Shown: in pieces, positions 9,395 to 18,598 of the stretch | Numbering within the stretch: the stretch's first letter is position 1 | How the letters are laid out: each line of letters begins with the position of its first letter | Made by a program: the position numbers and the translations under genes | Origin: Armatimonadota bacterium | GTDB taxonomy: Bacteria > Armatimonadota > SYMT01 | Assembly: GCA_046292385.1 (NCBI GenBank) | Contig: JBKBRF010000003.1 | Coordinates: forward strand, 1-64,000 | Direction: 5' to 3' | Length of the DNA: 64,000 bases | The notes under the pieces: generated by a model | What the model was told of the DNA's origin: nothing | Databases searched by the model: none | The model's input: the letters and a program-made list of their open reading frames with translations, nothing else

Positions 9395-9431
9395 GTGGCA
9401 CCTCCCTCTCCGCGGGCGCGTCGCGCTCTCC

Positions 9432-9836
9432 TCATCGCGGCCGGCGGTGCCCTGGCGCCCCGGCCGGCATGATATAGAGCGCGTCGGGGGCGGCGTCTGG
9501 TTCCCGCGGCAGTCTCGCGCGCCGGGCCAGCTCCCTGACTGCGGCTTCCAGCTCCGCGAATTCGGCCTCCGCCGCCGCGGAGCGGGCCACCAGGACCGCG
9601 TCGAAGCCCTGCTTCCATTCCGGGAGCAGGGCCCGCACGATCTCCCGCAGGCGGCGGCGGACCCGGTTGCGGACCACCGCCTTGCCGACCTTCTTACTGA
9701 CGGCAATGCCCATCCGCAGACCGGATGGGCGGGGATGCACGTGCAGAGCTGCCAGCGGGTGCGCCCAGGAGCGCCCGCCCCGGTAGACCTGCTGAAACTC
9801 CCGCGTCGAGCGCAAGCGATGGTCTCGCGGCAGCAC
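9432..9836 (-). CDS. rnpA: Ribonuclease P protein component
   Basis: [42 protein letters not shown] (RNR motif). Confidence 0.95.
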   Translation of the reverse strand: MLPRDHRLRSTREFQQVYRGGRSWAHPLAALHVHPRPSGLRMGIAVSKKVGKAVVRNRVRRRLREIVRALLPEWKQGFDAVLVARSAAAEAEFAELEAAVRELARRARLPREPDAAPDALYIMPAGAPGHRRPR

Positions 9837-9871
9837 CCGTACACCTCGCGGGAGTTGGCTGGCTCGGCGGC

Positions 9872-10012
9872 CTAGCCGGAAACCGTCAGGCGCTTGCGGC
9901 CCTTGGCGCGGCGCGCCGCGAGCACGTTGCGGCCGTCGCTGGTCGCCATGCGCTTGCGGAAGCCATGGACGCGCTTGCGGCGGCGGTTGTGGGGCTGAAA
10001 AGTTCGCTTCAT
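9872..10012 (-). CDS. rpmH: 50S ribosomal protein L34
   Basis: Hand translation [46 protein letters not shown]; not in the ORF track. Confidence 0.97.
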   Translation of the reverse strand: MKRTFQPHNRRRKRVHGFRKRMATSDGRNVLAARRAKGRKRLTVSG

Positions 10013-10037
10013 CTAATTCCTCTCCCTGCGTCGCGTG

Positions 10038-10066
10038 ATTATAGCACAGGGGTAAGGGGGCCACAA
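10038..10066 (-). promoter_or_regulatory. Sigma70 promoter of the rpmH operon
   Basis: TTGTGG-N17-TATAAT with TGn extended -10. Confidence 0.65.
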
Positions 10067-10215
10067 GCGCCGGGCGGCGCCGTCGCGCGCCGGGAGCCGG
10101 GACCACTCCGCTCCTTCTAACGGGGCAGGGACGCCCGGGGATACGCCCGAAGATGAACTCGAGAGGGCGGGACTCCGTCTGGACCGGTAGCAGAGGGCGA
10201 AGAGAGAGTGCCGAA

Positions 10216-10698
10216 ATGCCGCAAAGAACCGAGCTGCGGGTGAATGGCGAGCGCCGGGTGATCGACGTCGACCCGGAGCGGAGCCTGCTGAGCGTGCTGC
10301 GGGACGACCTGGAGCTGACCGGGGCCAAGTACGGCTGCGGCGAGGCCCAGTGCGGCGCCTGCACGGTGGTGATCGACGGCCAGGCGGCGCGGTCGTGCGT
10401 GACCCCGGTCTCCGCCGCGGCGGGGAAGTCGATCACCACCATCGAGGGGCTGGCCGGCGGCGAGGCGCTGCACCCGCTGCAGGAGGCGTTCATCCAGGAA
10501 GATGCGCTCCAGTGCGGCTACTGCACCACCGGGATGATCATGTCCGCGTACGCGCTGCTGCGCCGGAACCCGGAGGCTACGGAGGCGGAGATCCGGAAGG
10601 GGCTGCAGGGCAACATCTGCCGCTGCGGGATTTACTCGCGAGTCGCGAAGGCGGTGCGCGCCGCGGCGGAAGCGATGCCGAAGGAGGAGAAGCGATGA
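10216..10698 (+). CDS. (2Fe-2S) small subunit of a xanthine dehydrogenase-family enzyme (IorA-like)
   Basis: GAKYGCGEAQCGACTV, QCGYCTTG, NICRCG. Confidence 0.93.
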   Translation: MPQRTELRVNGERRVIDVDPERSLLSVLRDDLELTGAKYGCGEAQCGACTVVIDGQAARSCVTPVSAAAGKSITTIEGLAGGEALHPLQEAFIQEDALQCGYCTTGMIMSAYALLRRNPEATEAEIRKGLQGNICRCGIYSRVAKAVRAAAEAMPKEEKR

Positions 10699-12839
10699 GC
10701 CGCGAGCGCCCGATCGAGCTGCCCTGGGAAGAGGAGCGGTACGAGCTGGAGGCGGAGGCGGAGCGGTGGGCGCTGCTCTCCCGGCGAGACCTGCTGAAGA
10801 CGCTCGGCGGCGGCCTGCTGATCCTGCTCTGCGTCGGCGGCGCGGAGGCGGTGCAGGAGTCGGGCGGGCGGCGCGGCGGCGGGCGGCCGCAGGCGCCGCA
10901 GGAGCTGAGTGCCTGGCTGCACATCGGGGAGGACGGTACCGTCTCGGTTTTCACCGGGAAGACGGAAGTGGGGCAGAACATCCGCACCTCGCTCTCCCAG
11001 GCGGTGGCGGAGGAGCTGCGCGTGCCGCTCGCCTCGGTGCGGATGGTGATGGCGGACACCGCCCTCACGCCGTACGACATGGGCACCTTCGGCAGCCGCA
11101 CCACGCCGGCGATGGCGCCGCAGCTCCGCCGGGCCGCCGCGGCGGCGCGAGAGGAGCTGGTCCGGATCGCCGCGGAGACCTGGAAGACGGAGCCGGCGGC
11201 GCTCTCGGTGGCGGAGGGACGCGTGACGCACGCGCCGACCGGCCGCTCCGCCGGCTTCGGAGAGCTGACCCGCGGGCAGAAGCTGGTGCGCACCGTTTCG
11301 CAGGAAGGACCTCTCACCCCGGCCGCGGAGTGGAAGGTCGCCGGTACCTCCGTGCCGAAGGTCGACGCCCGCGCCATCGTGACCGGGCTGCACCGGTACA
11401 GCTCGGACCAGCGCCGCCCCGGAATGCAGGTGGGGAAGGTGCTGCGCGCGCCCGCGTACGGTGCGGAGCGGCTCTCGCTCGACCCCGCCGCGGCCGCGGC
11501 GATGCCCGGCGTGCAGGTGGTCCAGGACGGGCCGTTCGTCGGGGTCGTCGCGCCGGATGAGCTGACCGCCACCCGCGCCCTGGCGGCGCTGAAGGCGGCG
11601 TGGAAGCAGCCGGAAGGCGCGCCTTCTTCCGCGGAGCTGTGGGACCTGCTGAAGAAGGGCGGACCGCCGCAGCCGGACCCGCGGGTGGAGGAGGCGCTGA
11701 AGGGGGCGGACCACCGCCTCGCCGCCACCTATACGATCGCCTACATCGCGCACGTGCCGCTGGAGCCCCGCGCCGCCGTGGCGGAGTGGGAAGGGGACCG
11801 CGTGACGGTCTGGACCGGCACCCAGCGCCCGTTCGGGGTACGCGGCGAGCTGGCGTCCGCGCTTGGCATTCCGGAGGAGCGGATCCGCGTGATCGTGCCG
11901 GACACCGGCTCCGGTTATGGGGGCAAGCACACCGGAGAGGCGGCGGTCGAGGCGGCGCGGCTGGCGCGGGCGGCGGGGAAGCCGGTCCGCGTGGTCTGGA
12001 GCCGTCCGGAGGAGTTCACCTGGGCCTACCAGCGCCCGGCCGGCGTGATCGAGGTGCAGGGCGGCGTGAGCCGGGACGGCACCCTCCTCGCCTGGGACTT
12101 CCACAACTACAATTCCGGCGGCTCCGGCCTCCAGAGCCGCTACGAGGTGGCGGCGCGGCGCGAGCAGAGCCACCGGGCCGAGTCGCCGCTCCGGCAGGGC
12201 TCTTACCGCGGTCTCGCGGCGGCGGCGAACCACTTCGCGCGGGAGTGCCATCTGGACGACCTGGCGAAGCTGGCCGGCCTCGACCCGCTCGAATTCCGCC
12301 TGAAGAACCTGAAGGACGAGCGGATGCGCGCGGTGCTGCAGGCGGCCGCGGAGCGGTTCGGCTGGGACCGCCGCCGGAAGGGGGAGAACGTCGGCGCGGG
12401 GCTGGCGGTCGGCTTCGAGAAAGGCGGCTACGTCGCCACCTGCGCGGAGGTGGAGGTCGACCGTCCCCGCCGCGCGGTGCGGGTGACCCGCGCCGTCACC
12501 GCCTTCGAGTGCGGCGCGATCGTGAACCCGCGGCACCTGGAAAGCCAGGTGGAAGGCTGCGTGGTGATGGGCCTGGGTGGGGCGCTCTTCGAGCGGATCG
12601 ACTTCGGCGAGGGGCGGGTCCGCAACGCGAAGCTGGCCCAGTACCGCGTCCCCCGGTTCAGCGACCTCCCGCCGATGGAGATCGTGCTGCTCGACCGGAA
12701 AGACCTGCCCTCCGCGGGCGCCGGGGAGACGCCGATCGTCGGCATCGCCCCCGCCATCGGCAACGCGATCTTCGCCGCCTGCGGGCAGAGGATCCGCTCC
12801 CTGCCGATGCTCCCGGACGGGCTCCCCGACCCGGCGTAA
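10695..12839 (+). CDS. Molybdopterin-binding subunit of a xanthine dehydrogenase-family enzyme (IorB-like), Tat-like signal
   Basis: SRRDLLK, GKTEVGQ, GTFGSRTT, GSGYGGK, GAGETPI; ATGA overlap with the small subunit. Confidence 0.92.
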   Translation: MSRERPIELPWEEERYELEAEAERWALLSRRDLLKTLGGGLLILLCVGGAEAVQESGGRRGGGRPQAPQELSAWLHIGEDGTVSVFTGKTEVGQNIRTSLSQAVAEELRVPLASVRMVMADTALTPYDMGTFGSRTTPAMAPQLRRAAAAAREELVRIAAETWKTEPAALSVAEGRVTHAPTGRSAGFGELTRGQKLVRTVSQEGPLTPAAEWKVAGTSVPKVDARAIVTGLHRYSSDQRRPGMQVGKVLRAPAYGAERLSLDPAAAAAMPGVQVVQDGPFVGVVAPDELTATRALAALKAAWKQPEGAPSSAELWDLLKKGGPPQPDPRVEEALKGADHRLAATYTIAYIAHVPLEPRAAVAEWEGDRVTVWTGTQRPFGVRGELASALGIPEERIRVIVPDTGSGYGGKHTGEAAVEAARLARAAGKPVRVVWSRPEEFTWAYQRPAGVIEVQGGVSRDGTLLAWDFHNYNSGGSGLQSRYEVAARREQSHRAESPLRQGSYRGLAAAANHFARECHLDDLAKLAGLDPLEFRLKNLKDERMRAVLQAAAERFGWDRRRKGENVGAGLAVGFEKGGYVATCAEVEVDRPRRAVRVTRAVTAFECGAIVNPRHLESQVEGCVVMGLGGALFERIDFGEGRVRNAKLAQYRVPRFSDLPPMEIVLLDRKDLPSAGAGETPIVGIAPAIGNAIFAACGQRIRSLPMLPDGLPDPA

Positions 12840-13052
12840 GAGTTCCAAGTTGGCAGGTTGCAGGTTTACAGGTGGCTCCGAACCCCGCCTCACGGGGAGT
12901 AACCTGGAACCTAGAACAGACTCCCCGCGTGGCGCTTGCCCGCTCCCCATCCGAGCACGCGGAATACGGTTTGGCTGTCCGGGCCGAGCGGGTACTCCTG
13001 GGTGACTAACCTCAGCGATGTACGCGTTGAGGGAATGGCAGGAGGAGCAGAG

Positions 13053-13496
13053 ATGTCGAAACGCTGGACCGGGATCGCGGTGATCCCTTGCCTGGCCCTG
13101 GGACTGGCGCTCGCCGGCTGCACCGGCGACACCACCGACACCGGCAACGCGCCCGGGACCGTGGGCAACACCGGTGACATGGGCAACACGGCCGACGCCA
13201 ATACCCCCGGCGAGCCGGGTGACGAGCGAGATGCGGATCAGGTCGCCGCGGATGTGGCGATTACCGGCCAGGTCAAGTCCGCCCTGCTTGCGAGCACCGA
13301 AGTCGGCGCCCTGGAGATCGATGTGGACACCGTCTCGGGCGTCGTCAGTCTCAACGGCGAAGTGGATACCGAGGAGCAGAAGGCGAAGGCCGAGGAGATC
13401 GCCAAGGGCGTAGAAGGCGTTACCTCGGTGACCAACAACCTGACCGTGGAGCCGGACGATGCCGCCGGTAACGCGGCCGGCAACTCGCCCCACTAG
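13053..13496 (+). CDS. BON-domain lipoprotein (OsmY-like)
   Basis: Lipobox LAGC; DVAITGQVKSAL..IDVDT..GVVSLNGEV..AKGVEGVTSVTNNL. Confidence 0.88.
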   Translation: MSKRWTGIAVIPCLALGLALAGCTGDTTDTGNAPGTVGNTGDMGNTADANTPGEPGDERDADQVAADVAITGQVKSALLASTEVGALEIDVDTVSGVVSLNGEVDTEEQKAKAEEIAKGVEGVTSVTNNLTVEPDDAAGNAAGNSPH

Positions 13497-13524
13497 AACT
13501 GGGAGCGAGCTTGAGAGAACGCGC

Positions 13525-14005
13525 GGCCTTCGGAGACGGAGTGCCAGAGGGACAGAGGAGCGGCAGCGCCCCGGGAGGGGCGCGAGAGGATAGCCGGGGG
13601 TCAGCGCAGCGCAGCCCCCGGATCCGGAGCCGCCGCCACGTTCCGCCCTGAAGGGGCGACGGAACCTTCCGCGCTCTGGAAGCAAGGGCGGGGCGGAGTC
13701 AACTCCGCGTGTTGGTTCCGCCGGGGGTCAACCCCCGGCGATCTACCTCTCTCCGCGCCCCGGAGGGGCGGGAGGGCTATCCGGAAGTGGTGCGGAGTGA
13801 ACTCCGCGGGTTGGCTCCGCCGGCAGTCAACTGCCGGCGATCTGGGGCTTTTTGCGCCCTGGAGGGGCGGCGGAAACCCGTCCTCTCGAGAACGCGCCGG
13901 AGTCCGGGGCTCGCCAGCGAGCAGGAGCAAGAGTAGGAGCAAGAGCAGGCCCCCCCCGTACACGGAGGGTTCGGCTTTATCCTTTAGCCTTTTGACTTTA
14001 GCCTT
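13525..14005. repeat. Large REP mosaic (BIME-like) between convergent genes
   Basis: Blocks recur in inverted orientation at 35075-35330 and 43530-43910, e.g. GATAGCCGGGGGTCAGCGCAGCGCA, CGCCGGCAGTCAACTGCCGGCG, CACGGAGGGTTCGG. Confidence 0.85.
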
Positions 14006-14011
14006 TAAGAG

Positions 14012-15127
14012 CTACCAGTCCGCCACGCTGCCGTCGTCGTGGTAGAAGCGCGGGGAGTGCCAGTTGTGGCCTTCCTTCGCCGCGACCGCCTCGTCGTCCA
14101 GCTCGATCCCGAGGCCGGGGCCGGTCGGGAGCGGGATGTAGCCGTCGACCACCTCGAACGGCTGCTTCAGGTAGCCCTCGCCCAGGCTCACCTGCTCCTG
14201 TACCAGGAAGTTCGGGATGCAGGCGTCAAGCTGCAGGCAGGCGGCGAGGGAGATCGGTCCCAGCGGGTTGTGCGGCGCCACGCCCGCGTAGTAGCACTCC
14301 GCCATCGCGGCGATCTTCTTCCCTTCCAGGATGCCGCCGGCGTGGCAGAGGTCCGGCTGCACCACCGCCGCCGCCTGCTTCTCCAGCACCTCCCGGAAGC
14401 CCCACTTGGTGAAGAGCCGCTCGCCGGTGGCGATCGGGATGGAGGTGGAGCGCGCCACGGTGACCAGGGTATCGACGTTCTCCGGCAGGCACGGCTCCTC
14501 GATGAACATCGGCGAGTACGGCTCCAGCGCCTTCGCGAGCCGGATCGCCAGAGCCGGGCTGACCTGGCCGTGGAAGTCGATGGCGACGTCGACCTCCGGC
14601 CCCACCGCCTCCCGGATCGCCGCGAAGCGTTCCACGCACGCCTCCACGAAGGCCGGGCTCTCCAGCATCCGCGCCGGGCAGCGGCCGATGCCGGTCTTTA
14701 GCGCGGTAAAGCCCGCCTCCACCAGCTCCCGCGCCGAGCGCGCCGCCTCTTCCGGCAGCGGGAGCCCGCAGTGCGCGTACATTCGGATCCGGTTCCGGCA
14801 GGCGCCGCCCAGGAGCTGGTAGACCGGTACTCCGAGCGACTTCCCCAGCAGATCCCACATCGCCTGCTCCACGCCGCTGAGGGCGCTGGTGAGCACCGGC
14901 CCGCCGCGGTAGAAGGCGTTTCGGTAAATCGCCTGCCAATGGTGCTCGATGCGGCGGGGGTCCTGGCCGATCAGGTACTCCTCCAGCTCGTGGACCGCCT
15001 GGCGCACCGTCGCCGCGCGCCCTTCCACCACCGGCTCGCCGTAGCCGACCAGCCCCACGTCGGTGTGCATCTTCAGGAACAGCCAGCGCGGCTGCACCAT
15101 GATCGTCTCGAGCCGGGTGATCTTCAA
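14012..15127 (-). CDS. dgoD: Galactonate dehydratase (enolase superfamily)
   Basis: KITRLET..PRWLFLK, GEPVVEGRA, YRGGPV, DFHG, FIEEP, TGERL, QPDLCHAGG, HNPLGP, DGSVADW; TTG start after GAGGAG. Confidence 0.88.
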   Translation of the reverse strand: MKITRLETIMVQPRWLFLKMHTDVGLVGYGEPVVEGRAATVRQAVHELEEYLIGQDPRRIEHHWQAIYRNAFYRGGPVLTSALSGVEQAMWDLLGKSLGVPVYQLLGGACRNRIRMYAHCGLPLPEEAARSARELVEAGFTALKTGIGRCPARMLESPAFVEACVERFAAIREAVGPEVDVAIDFHGQVSPALAIRLAKALEPYSPMFIEEPCLPENVDTLVTVARSTSIPIATGERLFTKWGFREVLEKQAAAVVQPDLCHAGGILEGKKIAAMAECYYAGVAPHNPLGPISLAACLQLDACIPNFLVQEQVSLGEGYLKQPFEVVDGYIPLPTGPGLGIELDDEAVAAKEGHNWHSPRFYHDDGSVADW

Positions 15128-15174
15128 CGCTTCTCTCCTCCGCGGGCGGTCCGTAGGGCGGAGCCCCCTACAGG

Positions 15175-15903
15175 TTACGAGCGCTCGCCCGGGGCCCCTG
15201 CGTCCCGGTACCAGGAGCTCACCGCCGGCTGACCCGTGTAGTTCGGCCCCGCCCGGTCGTCGGCGCCTAAGAATGCCAGCGGAAAGTCGACGCGCCGCCC
15301 CCCAGTCGCCGCGAGCAGCTTCTTCCGGGAATCGTAGCGGAGCCCTGCGGCCTTCAGCGCGGAGGAGAAGCGGCGAGGGTGCGGCCGGCCGTCCTCCAAG
15401 CGCAGGTTGTCCAGGTCGAGGTGCGCCAGGAAGAGGCCGTCCGGCTCCAGCCAGGAGACCGCTCTCGAGATCAGGCCCAGCTTGTCGCCGACGTAGTGCA
15501 GCCCGTGGACGCAGGTGATCAGGTCGTAGGCGCGCTCTGGCTGCCACTCCGACAGCGACGCGGCCTCCATCCGCACCGCCTCGAGCCCCGCCGGCACCGG
15601 TGCGAAGTGCTCGACCAGGTCCACGCCCCGGATCTCCACCGCGTCAGGCGGCGCCTCATCGTTCAAATGCACTCCCGCCTCGATCAACGCGCGGCCGGTC
15701 CCGCAGCAGAGATCGAGCCACGCCACCCGACCCCGCTCCTGGAGACGCTTGCGCAGGGAGGCGAGCACGTCGAACGAGAGGTCGAGGGCGTAGCTGTTCC
15801 GGCCCAGCAGCCCGCGCTCCCGGTTCATCGTGGAGTTCGCCACCACCTCGGACCGGGCCAGAGCCGCGTCGGAGAGTAGATGTTCGTGGGGAGCGGGGAT
15901 CAT
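15175..15903 (-). CDS. Class I SAM-dependent methyltransferase
   Basis: WLDLCCGTG motif I; YDLITCVHGLHY; WLEPDG. Confidence 0.85.
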   Translation of the reverse strand: MIPAPHEHLLSDAALARSEVVANSTMNRERGLLGRNSYALDLSFDVLASLRKRLQERGRVAWLDLCCGTGRALIEAGVHLNDEAPPDAVEIRGVDLVEHFAPVPAGLEAVRMEAASLSEWQPERAYDLITCVHGLHYVGDKLGLISRAVSWLEPDGLFLAHLDLDNLRLEDGRPHPRRFSSALKAAGLRYDSRKKLLAATGGRRVDFPLAFLGADDRAGPNYTGQPAVSSWYRDAGAPGERS

Positions 15904-16069
15904 CGTGGTCCTCCCGCGAGTTCCGAAGCGGCGCCTCGCGAGCGACAGATACTACGATCCGGCGAAGAGGGTCAGCCACAGCGGAATGGCCGTCCGGACG
16001 TGAGTAAGAGTGAGTGTTGTCGATGAGCTTCCCGGTCACCAGCGGCCATGAAAGGTGCGGCGGCGGCTC

Positions 16070-16280
16070 CTTCTCACGGGGCCTCACCTTTCCACTTCAG
16101 GGAGCGCTTGTCCCCCGAACGGGGGAGGGTTGGGGGGTTAGGCCGTGCTGGAGTGTCCACCTGCCGCTCCCGCCTCATAGCCTCAGAGAAAGAGAAAGAG
16201 AAAGAGAAAGAGAAAGAGAAAGAGTAGGAGCTCCTGCTACCGGAGGGTTCGGATTCATCCCTCAGCCTTCATCCCTCATC
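16070..16280. repeat. REP-like composite with (AGAGAA)n and TTCATCC repeats
   Basis: Shares blocks with 6669-6899 and 39255-39490; overlaps the rsmA 3' end. Confidence 0.7.
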
Positions 16281-17200
16281 CCTGGAGACACCCCCTTATC
16301 TCCTTTGCGTTCGGAAACTCCTGCCGGTCTGGCAGCGGGCCCCCGTCGCGCAAGCTCGGCGAACTCCTCGGGGGAGAGCGTTTCTCCGCGGCGGACGGGA
16401 TCGATCCCGGCGGCCTCCAGGGCGGCCCGGGCTTCCTCTCGCGTCCAGCCGAGGAGCGGGCCGGTGAGCGCGTTGTGCAGGCTCTTCCGGCGCTGCTGAA
16501 AGGCGGCGCGAGTGACGGCGAGGTAGCGCTCCGGCGTCAGGTCCGGGTACCGCGGCGACTCCCGCACGTCGAGGCGCACGATGGCGCTCTCCACCTTGGG
16601 CGCGGGGATGAAGGCGCGGCGGGAGACCGGCGCCACGAAGTGGACCTCCGCAAAGAGATGCGTAAAGAGCGTGAGCGAGCCGTAGTCCGGCGTGCCGGGT
16701 GCGGCGGCGAGGCGGTCGGCGACCTCTCGCTGCACCATCAGCACCACGCGATCGAAGAGGTGCCGGTGCTCCAGCAGCCGGATCACCACGGGGCTGGTGA
16801 TGCTGTACGGGATGTTGGCGACCACCGGATGCCGGCCCGGGCCCAGGCGCTCCGGGACGAGGCGGTCGAGATCGACCTCCAGGAAGTCGGCGTGGACCAC
16901 CTCTACGTTCGGGAGATCGGTCAGCGTCTCTTCGGTCAGGGTGGCGTAGAGCTCCGGGTCGACCTCCACCGCCACCACCTTGCCCGCCGCACCGGCGAGG
17001 GCACGGGTGAGGGCGCCCAGCCCGGGGCCGATCTCCAGGACGGCGTCGTCCGGAGTCAGGCTCCCCGCGCTCACCACCTTGCCGAGCAGGTTGGCGTCGG
17101 TCAGGAAGTTCTGGCCCCAGCGGTGCTTCGGCCGCAGGCGCCGCCGGCGGAGGATCTCGGCGACGGTGGAGGGGGCGTGGAGAGGGGGCGGCTGGCTCAT
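16262..17200 (-). CDS. rsmA: 16S rRNA adenine dimethyltransferase RsmA/KsgA
   Basis: WGQNFL, LEIGPGLGALT, VANIPYSITSP, MVQREVADRL, FQQRRK. Confidence 0.95.
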   Translation of the reverse strand: MSQPPPLHAPSTVAEILRRRRLRPKHRWGQNFLTDANLLGKVVSAGSLTPDDAVLEIGPGLGALTRALAGAAGKVVAVEVDPELYATLTEETLTDLPNVEVVHADFLEVDLDRLVPERLGPGRHPVVANIPYSITSPVVIRLLEHRHLFDRVVLMVQREVADRLAAAPGTPDYGSLTLFTHLFAEVHFVAPVSRRAFIPAPKVESAIVRLDVRESPRYPDLTPERYLAVTRAAFQQRRKSLHNALTGPLLGWTREEARAALEAAGIDPVRRGETLSPEEFAELARRGPAARPAGVSERKGDKGVSPGMRDEG

Positions 17201-17310
17201 GGGACCTATCGGAGGCGCGGAAGGTGCTGGCTAACGAATACTAACGTATACCCCGGCGCGAGGCGCATCCGGCGGATCCCGCGGCGCCCGGCGCGGGTCT
17301 TGAGCTTGTA

Positions 17311-18213
17311 ATGCGCATTCGAATCCTGACTTCCCTGGCCCTGGTCTCCCTTTCCCTGGCGCTCGCCGGCTGCGAGCAGGGGCGGACTGCCGCGGGTCCG
17401 CCGCCTCCCGCGCCGGAGGGGATGGTCTACGTGCCCGGCGGAACCTTCGCGATGGGGTCCGACCACGGCATGGAAGACGAGGCGCCGGTCCACGAGGTGA
17501 CCATCCGCCCGTTCTTCATCGACCGGCACGAAGTCACGAACCAGCAGTTCGCCGCGTTCGTGAAGGCGACCGGCTACCGGACCGTCTCCGAGCGGATGGG
17601 GTGGTCCGCCGTGTTCGACCAGAAGGCCGGCATGTGGCGGAAGGTCGACGGCGCGGACTGGCGCCACCCGGAGGGGCCCGGGAGCAGCCTCGAGGGGAAG
17701 GACGACTACCCGGTGGTGCAGGTGGCGTGGGACGATGCCGCCGCCTACGCGAAGTGGGCCGGGAAGCGCCTGCTCACGGAGGCGGAGTTCGAGCTGGCGG
17801 CCCGCGGCGGGCTGCAGGGGAAGGAGTACGCCTGGGGGGACGAGCTGCGCCCGGACGGCAAGTTCTTCACCAACAGCTGGCAGGGCGAGTTCCCGAAGGA
17901 GAACACCGGCGAGGACGGCTACCAGGGGCTGGCCCCGGTGATGAAGTTCCCCGCCAACGGCTACGGCCTCTACGATCTTACCGGCAACGCCTGGGAGTGG
18001 GTGGCCGACTGGTACAGCCCCACCTACTACCGCGCCAGCGCCCGAGAGAACCCCACCGGCCCGCCCAGCGGCGAGCAGCGCGTGATCCGCGGCGGCTCGT
18101 TCCTCTGCGCGGAGAACTACTGCACCAAGTACCGCGTCGCCGGCCGCAACCAGGGAGCGGTGGAAGACGCCTGGAACCACACCTCGTTCCGCTGCGCCCA
18201 GGACGTTCCGTGA
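17311..18213 (+). CDS. Formylglycine-generating enzyme family lipoprotein
   Basis: Lipobox LAGC; WRHPEGP, RLLTEAEFE, GNAWEW, RGGSFLCAENYC. Confidence 0.9.
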   Translation: MRIRILTSLALVSLSLALAGCEQGRTAAGPPPPAPEGMVYVPGGTFAMGSDHGMEDEAPVHEVTIRPFFIDRHEVTNQQFAAFVKATGYRTVSERMGWSAVFDQKAGMWRKVDGADWRHPEGPGSSLEGKDDYPVVQVAWDDAAAYAKWAGKRLLTEAEFELAARGGLQGKEYAWGDELRPDGKFFTNSWQGEFPKENTGEDGYQGLAPVMKFPANGYGLYDLTGNAWEWVADWYSPTYYRASARENPTGPPSGEQRVIRGGSFLCAENYCTKYRVAGRNQGAVEDAWNHTSFRCAQDVP

Positions 18214-18220
18214 TGGGGGA

Positions 18221-18537
18221 TTTACCGCAGAGACGCAGAGGACGCGGAGAGAACCGGAACCAGAATCCGAACCGTATTTACCGCCAAGACGCCAAGAACC
18301 GCCAAGAGGGACCGGAAGCGACAATCCCCGGGGCCGCTGTATGGGACTCGTGAGATGGACCAGGCTCACTCCTGGTTCCGGTTCTCTCCGCGCTCTCTGC
18401 GTCTCTGCGGTGAATCAGGTTCGGACCGGGGCCGCTGAACGGTACTCGACAGGCGAGCCAGGCCCATCCCTCTTGGCGTTCTTGGCGTCTTGGCGGTTCA
18501 ACTCCCGTTCGGGTTCTCTCCGCGTCTCTGCGGTGAA
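18221..18537. repeat. Inverted nonamer-type REP repeats (ACCGCAGAGACGCAGAG and ACCGCCAAGACGCCAAG)
   Basis: Two motif types in direct orientation at 18221-18310, and their reverse complements at about 18375-18415, 18470-18500 and 18513-18537. Confidence 0.85.
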
Positions 18538-18598
18538 TGACGGTTCCCTGTAACCTCCCTTCCCGGGCAGGGTCTCACCAGCACGAGGGAGAGCCCCG

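Noticed and set aside
10030..10215. oriC next to rpmH
   Set aside because: GC-rich, no DnaA-box cluster, no dnaA gene
18221..18537. Possible CRISPR array
   Set aside because: Repeats are inverted, of two types and irregularly spaced; REP-like
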